From positions 13,530-77,529 of the forward strand of contig PRDJ01000039.1 in assembly GCA_003345555.1 (NCBI GenBank): a stretch of 64,000 nt of DNA, given 5' to 3'. Source of the stretch: Candidatus Thorarchaeota archaeon. Its GTDB lineage: Archaea; Asgardarchaeota; Thorarchaeia; Thorarchaeales; Thorarchaeaceae. The notes below the pieces were generated by a model, which saw nothing but the letters and a program-made list of their open reading frames with translations, did not search any database and had not been told where the DNA came from. Of this stretch, positions 49,118 to 57,189 are shown in pieces; within the stretch, counting starts at the first letter, position 1; every line of letters begins with the position of its first letter. A program made the translations under genes and the position numbers.

Positions 49118-49197
49118 TGATATGTGTTCGTAGCCGTTCGGTTAAATGTTTGACTCCGATGTTCTATCCCCTGCGGGTCATATTCAAGAGGATGAGG

Positions 49198-49698
49198 TCA
49201 GCTCTGTGAATCGTGAGCGTTTCGCTTTTCGAGATGCTTGACGCAGTTGATTCTGCCGAGGTTGTCAAGTATCCAGCAGTGTTCACACACAAGTTTCCCG
49301 CACTGAACACAGGTCCCAATGTAGTGATCGGGGCCATTCATCACGACCTCAAACCGGTTCCGGCTATGGTGAGCGCAGTATGGACGGCCGCAGGCGCTGC
49401 ACTCAACAGATTTTGCCTCGTTGCACAAGCAGCATGTCCTTTCCCGTTCAGAGGAGGCTTTCATGCCTTTTCCGTGTGGTGAAGGTACTCGTCGCTGTTC
49501 CTTTTCAGGTAGCTCGAGGGAACCGGGGCAATCAGAGTACCGGCAAGGGCCGACGCCCTTATAGCGGCCACATATCCCGCAGTAGGGGTCGAGGAGTTCG
49601 CTGTCTCTTTTCATAGCATTAGATAACCTCGCACCGTGACGGGACGACTCGTTTGACACGGTGTCGCCTTTTCGAGTCACTGGCTGGACGTCTAACAA
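49198..49698 (-). CDS. Cys-rich multi-zinc-finger protein
   Basis: At least four CxxC pairs (CGICG, CCLCN..CSACG, CVQCG..CEHC); the start may instead be the internal MKRDSEL. Confidence 0.4.
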   Translation of the reverse strand: MLDVQPVTRKGDTVSNESSRHGARLSNAMKRDSELLDPYCGICGRYKGVGPCRYSDCPGSLELPEKEQRRVPSPHGKGMKASSERERTCCLCNEAKSVECSACGRPYCAHHSRNRFEVVMNGPDHYIGTCVQCGKLVCEHCWILDNLGRINCVKHLEKRNAHDSQS

Positions 49699-49721
49699 TC
49701 ATCTAGAAAGGATGAAAAGCA

Positions 49722-52118
49722 TTGCCTCGCACTTTGGGGCAAGGGACCATTATGGACCACCACCATCAGCGGACTATTGTCCCAGTGGCAGCCATTAGTA
49801 CTGTTGAGATGGTAACCGGTCCACCTGTTCAGAAGCCAATCCCGGAAGACTACGTACTAGCGGATTTCGTTTTGAGGGCTATTGACAGCAAAGAGGGTCG
49901 GGATCTGGAATTCGTTTTGAAGGCATATCTGGATTTTCTCGTCATGCCCACCGGGTCCCCCGGCAAGTGCTTCTTTGTGGAAATGCGGGGCCTGACATCA
50001 GCCTCAGTTCCCGTACTCCAAGAATATGACTTGGATGAACTAATCAGGAAAGTGCACCATTCCGAAACACAATCACAGTTGGTTGCAGCCATCAAGGAGA
50101 CAGGCGTCTATGCGCGTGGGATTACTGGAGTCGAAGAGATTCTCCTCAGGGGCGTCGTTTCCAATCCGACTGCATCGAGCCTAGCCCAGCTACTTGCTTG
50201 GCCTATGAAGGAACAGGCCGAGACCTACTCTATGCTATTTCCGTCAACGATTGACACCTCGTATTGCACTTCGGTTCGCAACACTCTAAGGAATCTATCT
50301 GAGTTCACCCATAAAGCGGAGACGGGTCTACCGTGGTTGGTTGACGCTCTGAGAATGAAGGCTCGTGACATCATGGCTGCTCTGGAAGGCGATCTGTCTC
50401 CGAAGTTGAGTCGGCTTGACCTCAGGATATCTGCCCTGCGCAGGGAGATTTCTGGTATCGAGTCCAAGACCAAGCAGATACCAAGGTCTGAACGACACGG
50501 GCCTAAGGAGGCCGAAACAAGAGACCTGCTCAGGGCTCGTCAAACCGCCCTAGACAGAGACCTCAAGAGACGGGACAAGACGGTGTCGGAATCCGAGACG
50601 CTCAAGAGCGAGCTCAGTGAGACACTGAATGCAGTCCTCTCAGAGCTTGAAGTCTCTCATGAAATGATACTGGCTTTCCGAAAGAGCATCGACTCCATAG
50701 AGGCAACTGTGGGATCTCTTGATGTGCCCGAAGATGGTATCCGACTCCTTGTTCCTGTCATCATCGCTGGGCTATCAAAGAAGGGACGACTTGACATGGT
50801 CGTATACCCTCCCTCGATACTAATTCCCGGCACCCAGAAGGCTGGCCGCCGCAAAGACTTCACGGATTCACTGATATCGGCATCAGAGGAACTTGCACAG
50901 ATTGCTGCATGGTGTGAAGAACAGATATCAAATGATGTCACTCTGAAGAAGTCAATCCGTGACTCTTCGGAGGTTCGCAATCTTCTTGCCCTGAAGAACA
51001 CAAGAGCCGCAATAGGGGAAGGAGTGAAGCTACTGTTGGCCGACGGTTTCGCGAATGAGCCGGCGGTCAATCAGATTGAAACACTTCTTTCAGGCGTGCC
51101 AGAGCATTCACTGACCTTGGATGCAACTCCGCCGGCTGGTACTGAGCTGATTCCGGGCAAGGCATCAGACTGTACGCTAATCCTTCACGTTCGCGATGAA
51201 AACGATACTCCGGTGAACCATCCGGTCCTTGAAACAGCTGACATCAAAGCCGAAGGCAATCAACAAGGAGTCATCAGGGTCCGTCTTTGGGCTGGTCTTC
51301 ACAGGGCGAGCATTTCAGGAGCGGGCCACAGAAGCAAATCCATCGAGTTCAGCCTCCAATCAGGTACCGATGTTGTTATCCCTGTTGCTCTGTCTCCCCT
51401 TTCACGTGAGGAAGAGATTGAGAAGGAACTTGACCAACTAGTGGGTCGGGCGGAGCGCATTGACCAGGTTCGGAAGCGGCTGGCGGATGCATTTGGCGCA
51501 CAGGGCGAAACGATGCTCAGCATTCCGGCGTATCGGAGTTCCCTAGTTGAGCTCCTAGTGGACCTCGGATACGATCCGGAATCATGGATTTCAGAAGCAA
51601 AGAAGAAGAAAGGAATGGTCAAACGCTTTCTGAAACGAGACGACCGGGCGGATGCGCTCAGAAGAGATATCCTCCGAATTGCCGAGGAGTCAAAGCGATC
51701 AGGAGGTATCATGCTCTTTTCGGGTCTATTGGTCCAGCTGGACGCCAAGGGCTGGACAACAGACATGAATGAGGTGACGTCCATCATAGGCGGTTTGTCG
51801 CGCGATGGACTGATAGAGGGTCTAGCGACAATCGAAGGAGGTGCACGCCTAGTGAAATTCGTGCCAGTGGGGCTGACTGATGATCCTCAGAAAGTGCTGA
51901 GCCTCGCTGCAGAGAAGGATGGTCACCTGACCCCCGAAGACGTTGTGCTGAGCCTTGGGTGGACAGAGGAAAGAGTGAGAAACGCGCTGAATCTACTTGT
52001 CGCCAATGGAGTTGCGAAGGTCCAAAAGAGCTACTCGCAAAGTACTCAGTACTGGTTCCCGGGGCTTAGAATGCGCCCCGCGAGAGAACAGGAATCGCAA
52101 AAAGATGAGACAACCTAG
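49722..52118 (+). CDS. large protein (798 aa) whose C-terminal ~160 aa is an EAP30/Vps22-like tandem winged helix (ESCRT-II-like)
   Basis: The C-terminus aligns with human SNF8/Vps22 (GGIMLF..NEVTSIIGGLSRDGLIEGLATIEGGARLVKFVP..QKVLSLAAEKDGHLTPEDVVLSLGWTEERVRNALNLLVANGVAKVQ..STQYWFPGL versus GGLITL..DDLIRAIKKLKALGTGFGIIPVGGTYLIQSVP..VLQLAEKNGYVTVSEIKASLKWETERARQVLEHLLKEGLAWLD..AHYWLPALF). The N-terminal 600 aa hold a coiled-coil region and have no match I know. Confidence 0.6.
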   Translation: MPRTLGQGTIMDHHHQRTIVPVAAISTVEMVTGPPVQKPIPEDYVLADFVLRAIDSKEGRDLEFVLKAYLDFLVMPTGSPGKCFFVEMRGLTSASVPVLQEYDLDELIRKVHHSETQSQLVAAIKETGVYARGITGVEEILLRGVVSNPTASSLAQLLAWPMKEQAETYSMLFPSTIDTSYCTSVRNTLRNLSEFTHKAETGLPWLVDALRMKARDIMAALEGDLSPKLSRLDLRISALRREISGIESKTKQIPRSERHGPKEAETRDLLRARQTALDRDLKRRDKTVSESETLKSELSETLNAVLSELEVSHEMILAFRKSIDSIEATVGSLDVPEDGIRLLVPVIIAGLSKKGRLDMVVYPPSILIPGTQKAGRRKDFTDSLISASEELAQIAAWCEEQISNDVTLKKSIRDSSEVRNLLALKNTRAAIGEGVKLLLADGFANEPAVNQIETLLSGVPEHSLTLDATPPAGTELIPGKASDCTLILHVRDENDTPVNHPVLETADIKAEGNQQGVIRVRLWAGLHRASISGAGHRSKSIEFSLQSGTDVVIPVALSPLSREEEIEKELDQLVGRAERIDQVRKRLADAFGAQGETMLSIPAYRSSLVELLVDLGYDPESWISEAKKKKGMVKRFLKRDDRADALRRDILRIAEESKRSGGIMLFSGLLVQLDAKGWTTDMNEVTSIIGGLSRDGLIEGLATIEGGARLVKFVPVGLTDDPQKVLSLAAEKDGHLTPEDVVLSLGWTEERVRNALNLLVANGVAKVQKSYSQSTQYWFPGLRMRPAREQESQKDETT

Positions 52119-52462
52119 AGCCAATCTTCCTCCTCGTCTTCGCTGCTCTCTTCCTCTTCTTCTTCGTCTTCCTCTAACAAATCCTCTTCGGTCTCTTCTT
52201 CAATCTCCTCTTCCGGCTGTTCTTTAGCTGCGGGGCTGATCACTTCTTCTTCCTCTTCTTCTTCATCCTCGAAGAGGAAAGTTTCCTCATCTGGTTCTTC
52301 TTCACCCGGACGCTCCTTCTTGACTTTCCTCGGTTTCTGAACGGCAAGACAGATCTCATCGTCCGGGTCAAGAAATTCGCACTCTGGACAACACTCGCCC
52401 TTGTGAGTGCAGGTATAGAAGGCTCCACATTTCCGGCAGCATTTGAGCTCTTGAGTCAACAT
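52115..52462 (-). CDS. zinc-ribbon protein with hyper-acidic C-terminal tail
   Basis: N-terminal CCRKCG...CPEC ribbon; the C-terminal 60 aa are almost entirely E/D (EEEEEEEESSEDEEEDWL). Convergent, with a 4-nt overlap of the ESCRT-II-like gene. Confidence 0.5.
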   Translation of the reverse strand: MLTQELKCCRKCGAFYTCTHKGECCPECEFLDPDDEICLAVQKPRKVKKERPGEEEPDEETFLFEDEEEEEEEVISPAAKEQPEEEIEEETEEDLLEEDEEEEEESSEDEEEDWL

Positions 52463-52623
52463 CCCACATCCAGTAGAGGTGTGTTTACCGCAAGATTACT
52501 CCGTTCACACCCAAAAAAGCTATCTCTAAGCTCAAACCGACTTTTGTGATTGGACGTGATGGTATGCATGGCCAGTCAAAGTTAAATGATTGGCCCAAGC
52601 ACCCAACTCCGGGTTGCATGTGA

Positions 52624-54357
52624 TTGAGCGATCTGAATCTGGAAATCCGCAAGTTTGTGCTTGAAAACGCGATTAGGTACAGCGGGACTCCGGACGCCAA
52701 GTCCGTGATGAGTGCTCTGCTCGGGGCTCGTGCAGACCTGCGTTCACGGGCCTCAGAGGTGAAAGCGATAGTCGAGAGGACGGTGACTGAGGTCGGGAAG
52801 CTCTCTCTCGAACAGCAACAATCTTTGTTGGCCGAAATCGCTCCCGAAATGCTGGGACAGGAGGCAGAATCTAAGATCGGTCCGAAGGGGCTTCCTGATT
52901 TACCAAACCTGAGTAGTTGGCCCAAGGTCGTCATGCGGATGGCTCCATTTCCATCAGGTCCGCTCCACATAGGCAACTCCCGCATGGTCATACTCAATGA
53001 TTACTATGTTCAACGGTACAACGGCAAGCTAATCCTCGTGTACGACGACACCATCGGGTCAGAAGAGAAGGTGCTTGAGCCCGATGCCTACGATCTAATA
53101 CGGGAAGGTCTTGAATACCTCGGTGTCAAGTATCATCAGACCATATACAAGTCCGATAGGTTGGATGTATTCTACAGGTATGCAGTTGACCTCATCAGTA
53201 ATTCACAAGCGTACGTGTGCACCTGCGATGCTGAAGTATGGCGGAAACAGAACAAGGTCAAGGGAAAGCCATGTGCATGTCGTGATCTCAGTCCTGAAGA
53301 GAACCTCGCTCGTTGGGAGAAAATGGTTGATGGCTCATACACAGTGAAGGCCGCTGCGGTTAGGCTCAAGACTGGCATGGACCTGCCCGACCCTGCACTT
53401 AGAGACCATGTCATTCTCAGGATTTCAGAGGCACCACACCCGAGGGTGGGAACCAAGTACAGAGTCTGGCCCCTTCTCGAGTTTTCGTGGGGAATTGATG
53501 ACCATGAGCTCGGCATCTCTCACATAATAAGAGGAAAAGATCTCGTGAAGGAAGGGAAAATCGAGGAGTTCGTGTGGAATATCTACGGCTGGCCGCATCC
53601 AGAGTTGCTTTATTATGGCAAGCTGAGGTTCGAGGACGCTACTTTGAGCAAGAGCAAGTCCCGCAAAGAAGTGAAATCGGGTGCCTACAGTGGTTGGGAT
53701 GATCCTCGGACTTGGAGCATGCAATCGCTTGCGAAACGCGGAATCGAGGCACAAGCTCTCCGGAAAGTCATGCTTGACCTCGGTCTCAGCATGGTTGACA
53801 TATCGATTTCAATGAAGGCCGTATACTCAGAAAACAGAAAGCTGAAGGATGCAGAAGCACCGAGGTTATTCTATGTGGATGACCCGGTCTGGCTGGGTCT
53901 AACTCGAGTTCCTGCCGAAATACGAGAAGCAGACGCACCCATACACCCTGACTTTCCTGAGCGCGGCAACAGGCACATTCCGCTTGTGCGAAAAGGCACG
54001 AAGCTAGCTGTGGGCATAAGTGATCTTGACTATCAGCGGTTTGAAGATGGACAGATCTTCCGGCTCAAGGACTTTGCCAACTTCACATTGAAGAAGGGCC
54101 CGACCCCTAGTGCAGGTTTCCACAGTCGCGAGGTGGAGAGGGCAAGAGAGGCCAACGCCTCAATCATCCATTGGGTACCAAAGGAAGGTCGCGTTGGCGT
54201 GGAGATGACTTGGGCGGATGGCAATCGGACAGCGGGCTTCGCAGAACCCTCCGTGTCTGGGGTTGCCGCTGGGACGCTCGTTCAGTTTGAACGTGTGGGC
54301 TTCGCCCGTATCTATGAGATCAGTCCTTCAATAAGGGCTGCATTTGCTCACAAGTAA
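52624..54357 (+). CDS. gltX: glutamyl-tRNA synthetase, archaeal/eukaryotic type
   Basis: Class I HIGH motif (PFPSGPLHIGNSR) and the archaeal GluRS layout, ~570 aa. Confidence 0.85.
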   Translation: MSDLNLEIRKFVLENAIRYSGTPDAKSVMSALLGARADLRSRASEVKAIVERTVTEVGKLSLEQQQSLLAEIAPEMLGQEAESKIGPKGLPDLPNLSSWPKVVMRMAPFPSGPLHIGNSRMVILNDYYVQRYNGKLILVYDDTIGSEEKVLEPDAYDLIREGLEYLGVKYHQTIYKSDRLDVFYRYAVDLISNSQAYVCTCDAEVWRKQNKVKGKPCACRDLSPEENLARWEKMVDGSYTVKAAAVRLKTGMDLPDPALRDHVILRISEAPHPRVGTKYRVWPLLEFSWGIDDHELGISHIIRGKDLVKEGKIEEFVWNIYGWPHPELLYYGKLRFEDATLSKSKSRKEVKSGAYSGWDDPRTWSMQSLAKRGIEAQALRKVMLDLGLSMVDISISMKAVYSENRKLKDAEAPRLFYVDDPVWLGLTRVPAEIREADAPIHPDFPERGNRHIPLVRKGTKLAVGISDLDYQRFEDGQIFRLKDFANFTLKKGPTPSAGFHSREVERAREANASIIHWVPKEGRVGVEMTWADGNRTAGFAEPSVSGVAAGTLVQFERVGFARIYEISPSIRAAFAHK

Positions 54358-54375
54358 CCGTGGAGTCTTAATCAT

Positions 54376-55563
54376 ATGGAACCAGAGTACTCGGCTGTAC
54401 TTCTCAGATATGGTGAGATTGGCATTAAGTCAAGGCAGACCAGAAAGCACATGGTGGACCTTCTCGTCAAGCATGTGGGTACTGCCCTGAGGGAGAAGGG
54501 AACTCCGTTCGACAGAATACGGACGGAGTATGGTCGTATCTTCATCGAGACAAGTGACGCTCCGAGAGCAGCTGCCGTTGCCTCGCGTGTCTTCGGCATT
54601 GTGTCGGTATCCCCTGTAATCGTAGTGGAATCGGCCATGGAGAAGATACTCGAGATGGGGCTCTTGGTGGCCCAGAAGCATTTCACGAGGGGGAAGAGCT
54701 TCGCTGTTCGAGCCAGCAGACTGGGGTCGCATGCCTATACGAGCCAAGAGATTAGAGAACAGCTGGGTGCCCGGATTCTGGAGGGATTGTCCGAGCTTGA
54801 ACTAAGGGTTGATCTTGATTCGCCAGATCAGTACATATACGTCGAAGTGAGAAATGACAGGGCCTATTTGTTCACACAGACGGTCAAGGGTGTGGGGGGA
54901 ATGCCCACAGGTTCCCAAGGCACCGTGGTCTGTCTAATCTCAAGTGGCCTGGACTCTCCTGTCGCAGCATACAAGGCTATGAAGAGGGGCTGCATACCGG
55001 TCTTTGTCACATTCGACAATATGCCCTACTCAAATGAAGCCTGCGCCAACATAGCGGTGAAGCAGGCAAGTCTGCTGGCACAATACATCTACGACCACGA
55101 AGTCAAGATGTATATTGTGCCGCATGGGCTGGACCTAACCGATATTGTTGATCACGTACCGCAACGGATGACTTGTCTGTACTGCAAGAGGAATATGTTC
55201 CGATTGGGGCGTGAAGTCGCTATCAGGGAAAACGCTGATGCTATAGTGACCGGCGAGATAATCGGTGAACAAGCGTCTCAAACTAGCAGGAACCTGAGAG
55301 CGACCAGCAGTGCGGTCTGTGACTTTCCGATACTGAGACCCTGCATCGGAGAAGATAAGGTGGACATAGAGCATTTGGGCATGGAGATTGGCACCTATCA
55401 ATTCGCGAAGGAGAATGTTTCTTGTTGTACCCTTCCTCCCAAGTATCCGGTCGTGAGGGCGAACATTGACGAAGTAGGTGCGTTAGAAGGGGGCATGGAT
55501 CTGAGCGTCCTCGATAAGGAAATCTCTCTCGCAAAGGTAATCGTCTTGAGGTCTGTTGAGTGA
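54376..55563 (+). CDS. thiI: tRNA sulfurtransferase ThiI (THUMP + PP-loop)
   Basis: N-terminal LLRYGEIGIKSRQTR (ferredoxin-like/THUMP region) and the PP-loop VCLISSGLDSPVAAY. Confidence 0.85.
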   Translation: MEPEYSAVLLRYGEIGIKSRQTRKHMVDLLVKHVGTALREKGTPFDRIRTEYGRIFIETSDAPRAAAVASRVFGIVSVSPVIVVESAMEKILEMGLLVAQKHFTRGKSFAVRASRLGSHAYTSQEIREQLGARILEGLSELELRVDLDSPDQYIYVEVRNDRAYLFTQTVKGVGGMPTGSQGTVVCLISSGLDSPVAAYKAMKRGCIPVFVTFDNMPYSNEACANIAVKQASLLAQYIYDHEVKMYIVPHGLDLTDIVDHVPQRMTCLYCKRNMFRLGREVAIRENADAIVTGEIIGEQASQTSRNLRATSSAVCDFPILRPCIGEDKVDIEHLGMEIGTYQFAKENVSCCTLPPKYPVVRANIDEVGALEGGMDLSVLDKEISLAKVIVLRSVE

Positions 55564-55645
55564 ATGGCGCCCCATGCCAGATTGATGCGCCAATCTATGA
55601 TAAACCAAATCGCAGTCCATGGACGTTTCGTTCTCAAAACCAATG

Positions 55646-55655
55646 TCTTAAATAG
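55646..55655 (+). promoter_or_regulatory. TATA-box-like element ~23 nt upstream of the histone ATG (leaderless transcript likely)
   Basis: tcttaaatag seen directly. Confidence 0.4.
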
Positions 55656-55677
55656 TGCAACGGGGGAATAGAAGTTT

Positions 55678-55953
55678 ATGAGGACTGCTTCGGGCAGTCC
55701 GAGGAGCGAGAACACTTTGCCGAGGTCCAGAAAGGACAGGATTATCCCTGTTGCGCCCGTAGATCGCCTCATACGAAAGGCAGGCGCTGGTCGAGTGAGT
55801 GACAAGGGTTCGGAGAGGTTGGCGGCAATCTTGGAGGAAGTCGGCGAATTCCTTGCAAGGCGAGCTTTTGAGCTGACGGAGCATACAGGTCGTAAGACAA
55901 TTACTGACAAGGACATCGATTTAGCTTACAAACAGTGGACCAAGCCCAAGTAA
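55678..55953 (+). CDS. archaeal HMf-family histone with ~20-aa N-terminal extension
   Basis: IPVAPVDRLIRKAGAGRVSDKGSERLAAILEEVGEFLARRAFELTEHTGRKTITDKDIDLA is near-identical in pattern to HMfB ([32 protein letters not shown]...HAGRKTIKAEDIELA). It is preceded by MRTASGSPRSENTLPRSRKDR. Confidence 0.85.
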   Translation: MRTASGSPRSENTLPRSRKDRIIPVAPVDRLIRKAGAGRVSDKGSERLAAILEEVGEFLARRAFELTEHTGRKTITDKDIDLAYKQWTKPK

Positions 55954-56034
55954 TCGAACACGAGACGAGTTTCTTCGTTATCCCTAATAGCCAAGGGTGG
56001 TTCACATTGACTCCCGAGAAGGAGAAAGAGCCCA

Positions 56035-56733
56035 GTGCAGCAGCCAAAGACAGATGCAAGTGTAAGCGAAAGAACTGCACTTCTGTCCCTTCATGATGTA
56101 AGTCCTGCCTTTGAAGACGATGTTGTAAAGACCATAGACAGACTGACTGACATGGGCATCGAGAGCTTCACCTTGCTTGTTACGCCATTTTACGGAATGA
56201 AAATGTCGAATAGCATTGAGAAAAGCGAGCTCTTCTGCAAGTACCTCCAGTCTCTTGGTCTGGAGATTTCTATGCATGGGTACTCGCATCTCTCGAAGTC
56301 CGGTGCCGGGGACGAGTTCACAAGAATGGTCCAAGACCGAGCAATTGCCAGACTACGATCGGGCTTCAGCGCAGTCGAGAAGGCAATCGGAAAGAAGCCG
56401 AGCGGATTCATTCCACCCCTATGGCAGGCGCCCTTAAGAATTGTCGACGCTGCGAGATTGACTGGTTTCAGATACTGCGCGGTCGGCAACAGGCTCTATT
56501 CATTTGCCGAGCCGAGGGTCTTCACGACAGCTCAGTATCTTGTCAGCGAGGGCGCGGCTCGCACTTCTTTCGTTGATTCAGTAGTCGAGCTCGAGCTAGG
56601 CGGCCCCGTACAGGTGGGGGTCCATCCCCTAGACCTACGGACAAACAAGGTTCTCGAAATGCTTGACGATATGAGGGATCGACTGGGGTACCGTTTCACG
56701 GGCTATCTCAATTTCCTTGACTCTGTTCATTGA
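56035..56733 (+). CDS. polysaccharide deacetylase-like (DUF2334-type) protein
   Basis: LSLHDVSP...ISMHGYSH motif arrangement typical of the predicted-deacetylase DUF2334/PDA family. Confidence 0.5.
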   Translation: MQQPKTDASVSERTALLSLHDVSPAFEDDVVKTIDRLTDMGIESFTLLVTPFYGMKMSNSIEKSELFCKYLQSLGLEISMHGYSHLSKSGAGDEFTRMVQDRAIARLRSGFSAVEKAIGKKPSGFIPPLWQAPLRIVDAARLTGFRYCAVGNRLYSFAEPRVFTTAQYLVSEGAARTSFVDSVVELELGGPVQVGVHPLDLRTNKVLEMLDDMRDRLGYRFTGYLNFLDSVH

Positions 56734-57189
56734 GCGACTCCCTGATCAGCCTGCTGGTGAACTCAGAGGTCGTCGCCGGCAACTCACTTTCCGGCCCATT
56801 GGCTTGGATAGTCGTGCCATGTGCAAGTCTTTGATTCCAACACCTTAAGCTTATCAATAAAGAACGCAGATGAACGACCGTCTTGCCAAGCGCGTCGCGA
56901 TATGGCTGACTGCACGACAATCGCGAAATCGCGTGCTCCAACGATTCTGCCGCACGGAGGGCTTTGGTGATTTGAATCCGAAGTCACGGTTCTGCAAGTG
57001 GTCAACCGCCGCATGTGTCGGATGGCCAAAAAAAGGAACGGCTTTGCGACCAAACGAATGGCTTTGTACGGAATTGCTTATTATGCGAAGCCAAACAACT
57101 GGGCGTCATTCCGAAGTGAGCCGGTCAGGCCGTCTGATAGCTATCCCGTATCCATCCATCGTAGGGAACGATGCTGGAGGTAGTGATTG

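Noticed and set aside
52120-52330. Purine/pyrimidine-skewed (tcttc/ctcct) tract
   Set aside because: It is the coding strand complement of the poly-Glu/Asp tail of the zinc-ribbon protein (52115..52462). It is protein-level low complexity, not a regulatory repeat.
56950-57000. tRNA-like T-arm look-alike (ggtgatttgaatccgaagtcacgg)
   Set aside because: It does not fit the GGTTCRANYCC T-loop consensus. No acceptor or anticodon arm could be built. No tRNA is called in the window.
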